Source: Octopus vulgaris (Eukaryota). Taken from it: a stretch of DNA of 64,000 nt. The notes beneath the pieces were generated by a model. The model was given only the letters and a program-made list of their open reading frames with translations. It did no database searches and was not told the DNA's origin. The stretch is taken from positions 25,978,001 through 26,042,000 of the forward strand of contig OX597837.1 in assembly GCA_951406725.2 (NCBI GenBank). The letters are read 5' to 3'. Shown here in pieces: positions 13,091 to 24,658 of this stretch. The number at the start of each line of letters is the position of its first letter. Positions within the stretch are counted from its first letter, which is position 1. Made by a program: the position numbers and the translations under genes.

Positions 13091-13570
13091 CATCATCATC
13101 ATCGTTTAACGTCCGCTTTCCATGCTAGCATGGGTTGGACGATTTTGACTGAGGGCTGGCAAACCAGATGGCTGCACCAAACTCCAATCTTGATCTGGCA
13201 GAGTTTCTACAGCTGGATGCCCTTCCTAATGCCAACCACTCTGAGAGTGTAGTGGGTGCTTTTTACATGCCATCGGCATGGGGGCCAGTTAGGCGGTACT
13301 GGAAACGACCTTGCTCGAATCTTTTTACACATGCCACCAGCACAGGTGCCAGTAAGGCGACGTTGGTAACGATTACACTCGAATGGTGCCCTTTTATGTG
13401 CCACCGGCACGGAAACCAGTTGGCTGCTCTGGCAACGATCACGCTTGGATGGTGCTCTTGGCACCCTACTAGCACGGGCACAAGTGCCAGTAAGGCGATG
13501 CTGGTAACGATCACACTTGAATGGTGCCTTTTATGTCCCACTGGCACGGAAGCCGGTTAGCCACTGTGTC
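13091..13570 (-). mobile_element. Family C retroposon with (GAT)n tail and internal ~65-bp subrepeats
   Basis: CATCATCATCGTTTAACGTCCGCTTTCCATGCTAGCATGGG and CTGGATGCCCTTCCTAA motifs; repeated ATGGTGC..TTTTA..TGCCAC units. Confidence 0.8.
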
Positions 13571-13592
13571 AACGATCATGTATTGTGCTCTT

Positions 13593-13629
<37 letters not shown>

Positions 13630-13634
13630 AACAA

Positions 13635-13925
13635 AACATTTGAGCGAGGTTGTTGCCAGTGTCGCTGGACTGGCTCCTGTGCAGGTGGCACGTTAAAAAC
13701 ACCATTTGATCGTGGCTGTTGCCAGTACTGTCAGATTGGCCCTCATGCCAGTGGCACGTAAAAGCATCCACTACACTCTCGGAGTGGTTGGCGTTAGGAA
13801 GGGCATCCAGCTGTAGAAACTCTGCCAGATCAGATTGGAGCCTGGTGCAGCCATCTGGTTCACCAGTCCTCAGTCAAATTGCCCAACCCATGCTAGCATG
13901 GAAAGCAGACATTAAATGATGATGA
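13635..13925 (+). mobile_element. Family C retroposon, inverted relative to its neighbour
   Basis: GGTTGGCGTTAGGAAGGGCATCCAGCTGTAGAAAC through CATGCTAGCATGGAAAG and GAT tail. Confidence 0.8.
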
Positions 13926-14309
13926 TATATATATGTATATATAAAATCAAATACACAACTGAAAAAGCTACCAATAGTTTCATGCTATTATGATACTTGA
14001 ACAGCATATTTATAAAATACACCATGGATCTTAGAGCAATCATTCAGGCTTATAAATATATAAGAAAATTAGATGACAGAGAAATAAACAATTATTTTAT
14101 GAACTTCATTAGCTTACAGCTGTTTCCTTATAAGGTGTAGCGACGGGTGAAATGCTACAAAGCATTTTGTACTCTGTGGTAACAATTCTGCCAGCTTGCT
14201 GGTGTTGCTCCAGCATGGCCACCATCAAATGACCGAAACAAGTAAATGAATATACATGCATGCGTACGTGTGTGTGTGGGGTGAACTCCAATAATAATTT
14301 TGATGTATC

Positions 14310-14540
14310 GCCATTCTTCAGTCATGGCCATTCCTCAGTCATGGCCATTCCTCAGTCATGGCCATTCCTCAGTCATGGCCATTTCTCAGTCATGGCCATT
14401 CCTCAGTCATGGCCATTCCTCAGTCATCACCAGTCCTAGTCATCGCCATTCCTCAGTCATCACCAGTCCTCAGTCAAATTGTCCAACCCATGCTAGCATG
14501 GAAAGTGGACGTTAAACGATGATGATGATGATGATGATGA
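14310..14540 (+). repeat. 17-bp minisatellite fused to a 5'-truncated family C tail
   Basis: (CCATTCCTCAGTCATGG)n grades into CACCAGTCCTCAGTCAAATTGTCCAACCCATGCTAGC and (GAT)n. Confidence 0.8.
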
Positions 14541-14998
14541 AGTATCCAGTTGCTCACTAATTAAATGAGTGTTAAGTGGCTGTATTTCACAGACACATGT
14601 ACTCTGAACATAATTCTCAGGTAGGATCACCATGACGCAGCCAGGTATAATGCAATTACAGGTAGAGTCCATCTGCTGGGATACTACTGAGGTTCCATCT
14701 ACCCACAGTTACTCAGCTTGAGTTGATTTGAGACAATAGCAAAAGCACTTGGCCAAAGATACCACATAGTGGAATTGAACCCAGGATACTTCTCACACTG
14801 CAGTGCACTTCCTTCATCATCTGTCAATTAGCAATCCTCATCATTATGGGACCTTCCAACAGCATTGCTCTCTCTTCCCAGCAGAAATGGCCAGCAGCAG
14901 TCATTATCTGAGAATGTCCAAGTTATTCAGGGCCACGCTGTAACACAATCTTTTTTCTTTCTACTTTCTATGCAGCCATGACTCTTATTAAGGATCGG

Positions 14999-15240
14999 CC
15001 GCAACATCAATTAGGGAGTAGCTGCAACATCACTTAGGGGTCAACTGCAACACCAGTTACCGAGTTCAGCTGTGATTAGCTGCAACATCACTTAGGGGTC
15101 AACTGCAATACCAGTTAGAGTTCAGCTGTGACGTCAATTAGTGGTCAACTGCGATACCAGTTAGGGGTCATCTGTGACACCAATTTGGAGTCAACTGCAA
15201 AACCAGTTAGGGGTCAGCTGCAACACTAATTAGGGCTCAG
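14999..15240. repeat. Diverged ~23-bp minisatellite
   Basis: CTGCAACAYCANTTAGGGGTCAR-like units, about 10 copies. Confidence 0.75.
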
Positions 15241-15461
15241 ATGTTATCACTCCAGCAGCGTAGCAAAGAATTGGTCAATATCTTCTCATATGTTTCTGTC
15301 TTTGATGGAGATAAAATTCTAATTAGAATTCTATGCATTTGTAACACGATAAAGAACGTAAACTGATCACATTGTTAATTATATCATAATTGGATGGGAC
15401 AAGCCAAGTAAAATTACGGAAACCAAGGTGTTTCAACTACTATGTATTACAACAGTGAACG

Positions 15462-15877
15462 TATTTCTTTACTACCCACAAAGAGCTAAACACAGAGGGG
15501 ACAAACAAGGACAGACAAACGGATTAAGTCGATTACATCAACCCCAGTGTGTAACTGGTACTTATTTAATTGGCCCCGAAAGGATGAAAGGCAAAGTCAA
15601 CCTCGGCGGAATTTGAACTCAGAACGTAACGGCAGATAAAATACCTATTTCTTTACTACCCACAAGGTGCTAAACACAGAGGGGACAAACAAGGACAGAC
15701 AAACGGATTAAGTCGATTACATCGACCCCAGTGCGTAACTGGTATTTATTTAATTGACCCCGAAAAGATGAAAGGCAAAGTCAACCTTGGCGGAATTTGA
15801 ACTCAGAACATAGCGGCAGACGAAATACCGCTAAGCATTTCGCCCGAAGTGCTAACGTTTCTGCCAGCTCGCCGCCT
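15462..15877 (-). mobile_element. Family B SINE tandem dimer
   Basis: Two units joined at ATACC|TATTTCTTT (15641-15645); GTGAACG occurs on both sides. Confidence 0.88.
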
Positions 15878-15958
15878 TGAGCTGTGAACGGACCAGCAGT
15901 GAAGAGTAATCACAATAGTGAACTGAACACTAATGAAAAGGGTCAAACATTTTAACAG

Positions 15959-16373
15959 CGCGCAGGAGTGGCTGTGTGGTAAGTAGCTTGCTAACCAACC
16001 ACATGGTTCCGGGTTCAGTCCCACTGCGTGGCATCTTGGGCAAGTGTCTTCTGCTATAGCCCCGGGCCGCCCAATGCCTTGTGAGTGGATTTGGTAGATG
16101 GAAACTGAAAGAAGCCTGTCGTATATATGTATATATATATATGTGTGTGTTTGTGTGTCTGTGTTTGTTCCCCCAACATCGCTTGACAACCGATGCTGGT
16201 GTGTTTACGTCCCTGTCACTTAGCGGTTCGGCAAAAAGAGACTGATAGAATAAGTACTGGGCTTACAAAGAATAAGTCCCGGGGTCGATTTGCTCGACTA
16301 AAGGCGGTGCTCCAGCATGGCCGCAGTCAAATGACTGAAACAAGTAAAAAGAGAAAAAAAGAGTAAAAGAGAG
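15959..16373 (+). mobile_element. SINE family A, full length
   Basis: Family A head, body and tail. Confidence 0.9.
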
Positions 16374-16744
16374 AACAGACTGTTGTTGTTAAATATTTTA
16401 ACAAAGAGCTGAGAGAGAACAGAAGATTACTGCCAAATGTTACAATAGTGAACCAATGACTGTTACATGATTTTTGTCCTTGGGTAGCAACTGTTATTTC
16501 TTATTTGCTTACTCCTAGAAAGTATGAAAAACGGCTAATATTTCCCTCAAATTTTGCTTTTGCTATGATATTTATTCGAACCACAAAGAATCCTTCTCAA
16601 CACATGGCTATGATGCTCCTTCACTACTTCTGTTACTGATCAGAAATGCACATATTGTCAGCCACTTAGGGACATGCTCAAGTGGTTAAGGTCAGGCGAC
16701 TGACAAGCAAATCTCTGGTAATGGACAGAATATCTACTATAATG

Positions 16745-17230
16745 ATCTCGCTGTGCTTGAGGAGACCTGTTGAGTCAAGTGCATGTACATGAACATTGAA
16801 CCAAATACCAATGGAAACAGTAGTTGTGATACCTGTGCCGGTGACACATAAAAAGCATCATCCGAACGTGGCCGTTGCCAGTGCCGCCTCGACTGGCTTC
16901 TGTGCCGGTGGCACATAAAAAGCACCATCCGAACGTGACCGATGCCAACCCCGCCTCGACTGGCTTCTGTGCCGGTGGCACATAAAAAGCACCAACCGAT
17001 CGTGGCCGATGCCAGACCCTCTGGCACCTGTGCAGGTGGCACGTAAAAAGCACCCACTACACTCGTGGAGTGGTTGGCGTTAGGAAGGGCATCCAGCTGT
17101 AGAAACACTGCCAGATCAGACTGGAGCCTGGAGCAGCCCCTGGCTCCCCAGACCCCGGTCGAACCGTCCAACCCGTGCTAGCATGGAGAACGGACGTAAA
17201 ACGATGATGATGATGATGATGATGATGTTG
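16745..17230 (+). mobile_element. Family C retroposon, long copy
   Basis: 5' GCTGTGCTTGAGGAGACCTGTTGAGTCAAGT is shared with the 19425-19830 copy; four TGGCACRTAAAAAGCAC-like subrepeats; (GAT)n tail. Confidence 0.82.
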
Positions 17231-18075
17231 ATGATTTCTGCTTCAGCAACTCAGCACTGAATCTTTCTGAAATGTAATGGAAAATAGGTCAGTTTCAAAA
17301 CATCGATGTCCAGGCGACAAAAGCAAAGCCTGAAGGGGATAGTAGTAATTTCCTTTGATTTCTAGACAGAAGCAAATAGGGAGTAACACTTACTGACCAA
17401 ATAGTAAAGAAAAAAAAAACCGAAATTTTGTTATACAGTGCTACCAGTGAACAGATGGATACTGATGGTTAACAATGAGTTAACAGAACAAATGGCTTAT
17501 TATTAAATGTTGCAACAGTGAACCAACTAAAAATGAACCTATGGTGAACAGAATGGCCGTTAATTCACTGAGAAATTAAGAAAGCAAACACAGCAGCAAC
17601 AAAGGTACTTTGTAAAGAAATGTTTTACCAAAGATCTGTAGAAATCGGAGACAAAAGAGGAGCAGGCTTGAAAATTGTAAAATAACTTGCTAATTAGTAG
17701 AACGATTAAAAGAATGCCTCAGGAAACATTACAACAGGAAAACATCTTAATTAACATGAAATTAATTGAACATCTCTTCATGACATCTCGGACAGCATTG
17801 AAGTTTTGCATTTCACATGGCATAAAATACATGGTGTAGCATACATTATATAACATGTATGTCACAGCACGACATGCATTACGAACTAAACATGACAGTG
17901 CATATATTACATAACGCACATTACACTGCAGACACGATAGAGCTAATGTTATACAGTTGGTTAAGGTTTGAGTATGTATGGGTATGTGGATGTGTGAATG
18001 TGTAGGGGATTATATGTATTTTGAGGGTGGTGTGTATGTGTGTGTGTAAATGTGTGGGGAGATATGAATATATCT

Positions 18076-18293
18076 TATTTCTTTATTGCCCACAAGGGGC
18101 TAAACATAGAGGGGACAAACAAGGACAGACAAGGGGATTAAGTTGATTATATTGACCCCAATGCGTAACTGGTACTTCTTTAATCGACCCCGTAAGTATG
18201 AAAGGCAAAGTCGACCTTGATAGAATTTGAACTCAGAACGTAACGGCAGACGAAATACCGATAAGCATTTCGCCCGGTGCCAGCTTGCCACCT
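18076..18293 (-). mobile_element. Family B SINE with GGGCAATAAAGAAATA tail variant
   Basis: Full head and tail; TSD ATATGAATATATCT (18062-18075 and about 18304-18317). Confidence 0.88.
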
Positions 18294-18406
18294 TTTCATA
18301 TATATATGAATATATCTGGATGTGTATATATGCCTACATTGTGTGTGTGTATTCTGTGGCTGTATGTATTCAGTGTGTGTGTAAGAGGTGTGTGCATGTG
18401 TATGTA

Positions 18407-18868
18407 CCGTAAATCTTCGAGTATAATCCACATTTTTTACCCAAAATTTAAAGGTCAAAATCCCTAGTGTGTACCATATACGAGGTTAAAAAGGAAAAAT
18501 ATTTTCTGAGCAATGTCTGAATCTCTATTTGCTGTCCAGCAACGTTTATTCAGACACATTTTGCAATATCAGGTGCAAAAATACCTTCAGCTAAGCTTGA
18601 AAGTATTCAGAACACAGAATAACATGTAACAAAAACAATTTGCAAACATATTTACATTCCCATATAACAGTTAAGAACATCACCATTATTGTATTACGCA
18701 TGCGCAGAAGTGCTTTATTCGACTAGGTGCTGCTGGCTTAATTACGCATGACTCAAGTTAGAGAAGGGGTGCGTATTATACACAAGGTTTAGGTTTTTCA
18801 CAGGTACAGCCCCCTTATAATCCCCTGCATATTATACTCAAGGGCTGACTATACTCAAGGATTTATGG
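18407..18868. mobile_element. Tc2/pogo-like MITE
   Basis: TA|CCGTAAATCTTCGAGTATA...TATACTCAAGGATTTATGG|TA terminal inverted repeats with TA TSD. Confidence 0.75.
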
Positions 18869-19424
18869 TATGTTGTGTATGTATATACAGTGCAGGACAC
18901 TCATTGAAGCTAACTCAAGGAAACCCCTTTTGTTTTTGCCTCCTTGAGTCATGTGTAATTAAGCCAGCAGCACCTAGTCGAACAAACACTTCCGCACATG
19001 CGTAATACAATAAAGGTGATGTTCTTAACTGTTATATGGGAATGTAAATTGATTTTGTTACATGTTATTCTGTGTTCTGAATACTTTCAGGCTTAGCTTA
19101 AGGTATTTTTGCGCCGGGCATCACAAAATGCAGAACAGGCTGAAGCGGCTAAATGACTGTGATGGAAGATGATGGCGGTAGCAGTAGGCAATCCTCACTG
19201 GGATAGGGCTCAGGGTTAGACAGAATTCAAAACACCCTGGAATGGCAGAACTGGAAAGGAGAGCATGGGAAAAACTAACTCAAAAAGTGTTTTGCTCCTA
19301 ACAAAATGCGAGGGATGACTGAATTAACCAACAACAGATTTTTTTGATAAATGGATGCAAGAATTCAAGGCAGCATCTGTGATCAAGGAATTGGTAAACC
19401 ATTATGACTACATCAACAAAGAAA

Positions 19425-19830
19425 CATCATCATCATCATCATCTAACGTCCGTTTTCCATGCTAGCATGGGTTGGACGGTTCAACCGGGGTCTGGTAAGC
19501 CATGGAGGCTGCACCAAGCTCTAGTCTGATTTGGCAGTGTTTCTTCAGCTGGATGCCCTTCCTAACGCCAACCACTCCATGAGTGTAGTGGGTGTATTTT
19601 ACGTGCCACCGGCACAGGGACCAGAGCAGGCTAGCAAGCAGCCGTGATCGGTTGGTGCTTTTACGTGTCACCAACACAGATGCCAGTCAGGCGGCGCTGG
19701 CATCTGCCACGTTTGGATGGTGCTTTTTATGTGTCACCGGCACGGGTGTCTTAACTACAATTTCCATTTGAATTTTTATATTGATGTTGATGTACTTGAC
19801 TCAATAGGTCTCCTCAAGAACAGCGGGTCA
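19425..19830 (-). mobile_element. Family C retroposon, long copy
   Basis: Reverse complement of the 16745-17230 type. Confidence 0.82.
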
Positions 19831-20060
19831 CCCAAGATTGTAAAGATATTGCCGTGAAAGGAGTCAATGATTGTTGGATGGACCATGGCCTATCATATAT
19901 TCTGGTATACAAGGAAAGGATCTTAGCAAGTTGTCAGTAACCTTTGTGTTTTCACCTCAAAAAAATCACCAAGAAAACTGATGACAACAAGTCCTCATAA
20001 CAGGCAGCTACTTGACAGAAAGAGAGTAGATTTTCCTGCCAACAAAATTGACAAGAATAA

Positions 20061-20272
20061 TCCTTTCTATTAAAGGCACAAAGCCTGAAATTTGGGGTAG
20101 GGAGCTAGTCAATTATATCAACCCCAGTACATAACTGGTACTTAGTTCATCAACTCCAAGAGGATGAAAGGCAAATTTGACTCTGGAGTAATTTGAACTC
20201 AGAATGTAAAGACAGATGAAATACTGCCAAGCATTTTGCCTGGTATGCTATCAATTTAGCCAGTTCGCCGTC
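20061..20272 (-). mobile_element. Family B SINE, alternative tail, diverged
   Basis: GGATGAAAGGCAAA...ATTTGAACTCAGAA on plus; the tail differs from the Tx1-like tail. Confidence 0.75.
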
Positions 20273-20885
20273 TTGACAAGAATTTTCAAATTGATACGAA
20301 TAATGATCGCAAAAGGAAAGCTTGCCGGCAGACAAATGCTGCAGTTTTGATATAATCAAGTGCAATGTAGAACAATTGGTGGCAGGTGAAAGCACTTGAA
20401 ATCCAGGAACTGGGTGACATAGGGGACTTCAGAAGTTTCTTTAATGTAATTAAACAATATTTGGTCGTTAAGCAACAACTGACTCAACAGCCCCCAGGTC
20501 TGATAAACAATATTAATAATGCAATTTCACCATTTACAGGAATGCAGCATGTGTCTCTGAAATATTTAGGTCTGGAGATGAAAACCAATCATGAAAGTAT
20601 GGGGGTGGGTGTAGGGTGGAGGTAACCTGAGAATGAAAGGAATAATTATGGAGTTGTTGGGGATGGAAATGGTGGGGGAATAAAAATGTTTATGAATATA
20701 GTTGTAGTGCCAGATGTGGCCATGAGGATTAGGGGTCAAATTTGAGGGTGTCAAGCACTCTGTCTATATTGTCTTACCAGCTCCTTCTACTCCACTACTC
20801 CTGCTCTCATTTCAATTTGAACAGGGACGAGGGTCAAATTATGGGGTTACTCCATCCACCAAAAATATGATGTACAATGGCAGTT

Positions 20886-20977
20886 GGAGTGGAGTGGAGT
20901 GGAGTGAGCAAGTGGAGTGGAGTGAGCGAGTGGAGTGGAGTGAGCGAGTGGAGTGGAGTGAGCGAGTGGAGTTGGAG
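20886..20977. repeat. (GAGTG)n-derived 18-bp repeat
   Basis: GAGTGGAGTGGAGTGAGC units. Confidence 0.85.
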
Positions 20978-21174
20978 TAAAGTATTAACCTTCACTGAAC
21001 TGTCATGCATGAATGTGTGTATGTGAAACCTTTCTAACAACACCACTGCCACTACCACTGCCGCTGCTACCACCACCATCACTGCTGCCACTACCACCAC
21101 CATCACCACTGCCACCAGCACCCTAACCAACCTCTGCCCCTCCCTCTGTCATCCCCCACCACCTACTATTCGCT

Positions 21175-21385
21175 TTAAATTTTGGCACAAGGCCAGCAAT
21201 TTCAGGGGAAGGGTTAAGTCAATTACATCAATCCCAATACTTAACTGGTAACTTACTTTGCAGACCCGGAAAGGTGAAAAGCAAAGTTGACCTCGGTGGA
21301 ATTTGAACTCAGAACACAGAGGCAGACGAAATTCCACTCAACATTTTTACCTGGAGTGCTGATGATTCTGCCAGCTCACGGCCTT
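21175..21385 (-). mobile_element. Family B SINE with CTGGCCTTGTGCCAAAATTT tail
   Basis: Family B head and body with the second tail type. Confidence 0.8.
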
Positions 21386-21440
21386 GATTATTATTGCCAC
21401 TACATTTAATTAGCATTGTGAAAAGAATAAGAGGGATGGT

Positions 21441-21622
21441 GGAGAGAGAGAAAGAGAGAGAGAGAGAGAGGGAGAGAGAGGGGGGAGATAGGGAGAGAGG
21501 GGGAGATAGAGAGAGAGGGAGAGAGAGGGAGAGAGAGGGGGAGATAGAGAGAGAGAAAGAGAGAGAGGGAGAGAAAGAGGGGGAGATAGAGAGAGAGAGG
21601 GGGAGAGAGAGGGGAAGATAGA

Positions 21623-21665
<43 letters not shown>

Positions 21666-21672
21666 GGAGAGA
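21441..21672. repeat. Imperfect (GA)n microsatellite
   Basis: Purine-only tract; source of the Leu/Ser ORFs. Confidence 0.95.
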
Positions 21673-21759
21673 AGTGCAGCACTGAAGGACTTTGTAGTCC
21701 GGTAAAGTGCAGATGTTGAGATCAACATTAAGAATGCAGGGTAATAAAGGTTGACACTG

Positions 21760-21910
21760 CACCAATTCTGCCTCAATAACAATTCGAAACCAAAAAGATC
21801 TGAGGGAGGAAGACCTTCCCTCATAGAAGCAGAAAAGACAGCCCAGAGTCGAGGACGGTGGACAAAAGCCATAGATGGCCTCGGTTTCAAGAGTGAAGGG
21901 CTTAGGTAAG
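21760..21910 (+). mobile_element. Degenerate RTE-clade LINE 3' fragment
   Basis: Translates to EAEKTAQSRGRWTKAIDGLGFK, resembling the RTE ORF C-terminal A.DR..W motif; frameshifted upstream. Confidence 0.45.
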
Positions 21911-22051
21911 AAAAGTAATTTTATATCTGGGGGGCCTCTGTATGGTTTGGATCTGTTATCTGGTTTGTTCCCCTCTAAGGTGAAGGCCTCAGCTGGTATT
22001 TAATAAAAGACTAGTGTCTGTCCCTGCATGTAAGTCACCGCATCCCATGGC

Positions 22052-22348
22052 TGGCAGAAACGTTAGCATGCCGGGCGAAATGCTTAGCGGTATTTCATCT
22101 GCCGTTACGTTCTGAGTTCAAATTCCACCGAGGTCGACTTTGCCTTTCATCCTTTCAGAGTCGATAAATTAAGTACCAGTTACGCACTGGGGTCGATGTA
22201 ATCGACTTAATACCTATGTCTGTCCTTGTTTGTCCCCTCTGTGTTTAGCCCCTTGTGGGTAATAAAGAAATTGGTATTTAATAAAAGACTAGTGTCTGTC
22301 CTTGTTTGTCCCCTCTGTGTTTAGCCCCTTGTGGGTAATAAAGAAATT
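22052..22348 (+). mobile_element. Family B SINE plus a second tail-only insertion, inside a ~60-bp target duplication
   Basis: GGTATTTAATAAAAGACTAGTGTCTGTCC occurs at 21995, 22273 and, slightly altered, about 22350. Confidence 0.85.
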
Positions 22349-22773
22349 GGATATTTAATAAAAGACTAGTGTCTGTCCCTGCATGTAAGCCTCCGCATCC
22401 CATAGTTGGCAAGATATTTAATGGCTTTAATGGCATAAACATTAAGGGCCGAACCATGAAACTACGTGAATTCACAACTCGGTCCACACACAAGCAAAAT
22501 ACACACATACATAAACACAAACAAAACAGAAATGTTATGTTTCTGCTAAGTGAGTAATTAAATCTTCTAATAAAATACTTATAACATTTCTAGTTTGGTT
22601 TGCTGACTTGGAGGAGGATGAGGATGAGGAGGAGGAGGGAGAGAACACATAAAAGAGGAAAGAAATATAAAAAGAACCAAAAGATATATCTAAAAGTTAA
22701 AAGTGAATAAAATGATTTTTACATGTGTACCTTGTGTTAAAAAACACGAACAAAAACACTACCGCCGCCATTA

Positions 22774-22813
<40 letters not shown>

Positions 22814-23552
22814 TAATAATAATATTATTATTATATGGAGCTAATGTATTAAAAATGGTTTATTGAAGCAGGAATGGGTTTTATTTTACACTTGAATAAG
22901 TCAAACACGAGTTGGAGCGGCGAAATGACATCTTAATTGGATGTGGATGTTGGAAGCAATCGTTTTCCACAGATTTACACTTGAAGAGATCCTGCCTACC
23001 GTTGGATGACAGCAAGTCTTGCAGTTTACTTTCATAGCGATCGCTGACAGTGTGTCTGTCTTCACCGAATTAAATAACAATAATAGTTATATTACAGAAT
23101 ATAGTAAAGAAAAAATTCAGAAATGAAATTGGGGGTGGGGGAAAAAGGGGTAATGAAGAAAAATAAGAAAAGGAGATTAAAAGATGAGGATGAAGAGAGA
23201 AAAGGTGGCTGAAGAACTTCCTGCAAGTCTGTGATTCTCGTAGAGTCAACATCATCAGGAGTATTCTCTACAGGTAGATATTAGATTGGAATCAGATCTG
23301 TTCATACATGAAATGGTTCTGGCAAAACATCTGGTCGAGAAATAAAGGTTTATTCAAATGTAAAAATGTAGTGGTGGGCGGAATAAGATTATTAATAAAC
23401 TGACCGAAAGTTAGGATATTCCAGCATTAATTCCAACAGAGTAGAGGCAAAGCGGAGGGTGGAGAGCAAGAGAGGACCAATGGGAAGGGTACGACATGCA
23501 AGAAACAGCAGCCAAATTTACTAAAAATTACAAAAGGAACAGGTATGTTGGA

Positions 23553-23963
23553 TACTCTTTACTCTCTTTTACTCTTTTACTTGTTTCAGTCATTTGACTG
23601 TGGCCATGCCGGAGCACCGCCTTTAGTCGAGCAAATTGACCCCAGGATTTATTCTTTGTAAGCCCAGTACTTATTCTATCGGTCTCTTTTTGCCGAACCG
23701 CTAAGTGACGGGGACGTAAACACACCAGCATCGGTTGTCAAGCAATGCTAGGGGGACAAAGACAGACACACAAACACATACATATATATATATACATATA
23801 TACGACAGGCTTCTTTCAGTTTCCGTCTACCAAATCCACTCACAAGGCATTGGTCGGGCCGAGGCTATAGCAGAAGACACTTGTCCAAGATGCCACGCAG
23901 TAGGACTGAACCCAGAACCATGTGGTTGGTTAGCAAGCTACTTACCACACAGCCACTCCTGCG
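23553..23963 (-). mobile_element. SINE family A, full length
   Basis: Family A head, body and tail. Confidence 0.9.
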
Positions 23964-24281
23964 CTGTAGATTTAGGTAAATAATTAAGGTTAGACTACTT
24001 CGGCACCCAATCAAACCTGATGGATGGACAGCCGTACAACAACAGCAAAGTGATATGGGTTTGATTCCAGCATCATAGCCACAACACTGCTGCTAGAAAT
24101 GTAAATATGGTGGTGAAAAGACAGAGGGGGTTCAACATTAACCAGGTATGCTTCTTCTCTCTCTCACACACACAAACACACTTCTGTGCGTTTGTGTTTA
24201 TAGATTAAAGTAAAAATGAAAAAGCAAAACCTTTGGCATCACTTGAAAAGGAAATTTAAATTAGATGGGGAATATAAAGAT

Positions 24282-24616
24282 AGGTGCAGGAGTGGCTGTG
24301 TGGTAAGTAGCTTGCTTATCAACCACATGGTTCCAGGTTCAGTCCCACTGCGTGGCACCTTGGGCATGTGTCTTCTACTATAGCCTCGGGCTGACCAAAG
24401 CCTTGTGAGTGGATTTTGTAGAAAGAAGCTCGTCGTATATATATATATATTAACAATTGAGGATAAAATCTTTAAAAGAAATTATCAGTAGTTAGCGTGA
24501 AAAACCTCGTAAGAGAAAAAATCCGTAAATTTTTCCACTTCGAAAATATTTATTTATATTATATTGAGGGTTTGGTCCCTCTCAGCGTATGGTATCTACG
24601 AATAGTAGTACCCTCA

Positions 24617-24658
<42 letters not shown>

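Noticed and set aside
22885-23066. About 60 open codons on the minus strand as a possible terminal exon
   Set aside because: There is an in-frame stop immediately upstream, no convincing splice acceptor and no recognisable protein motif.
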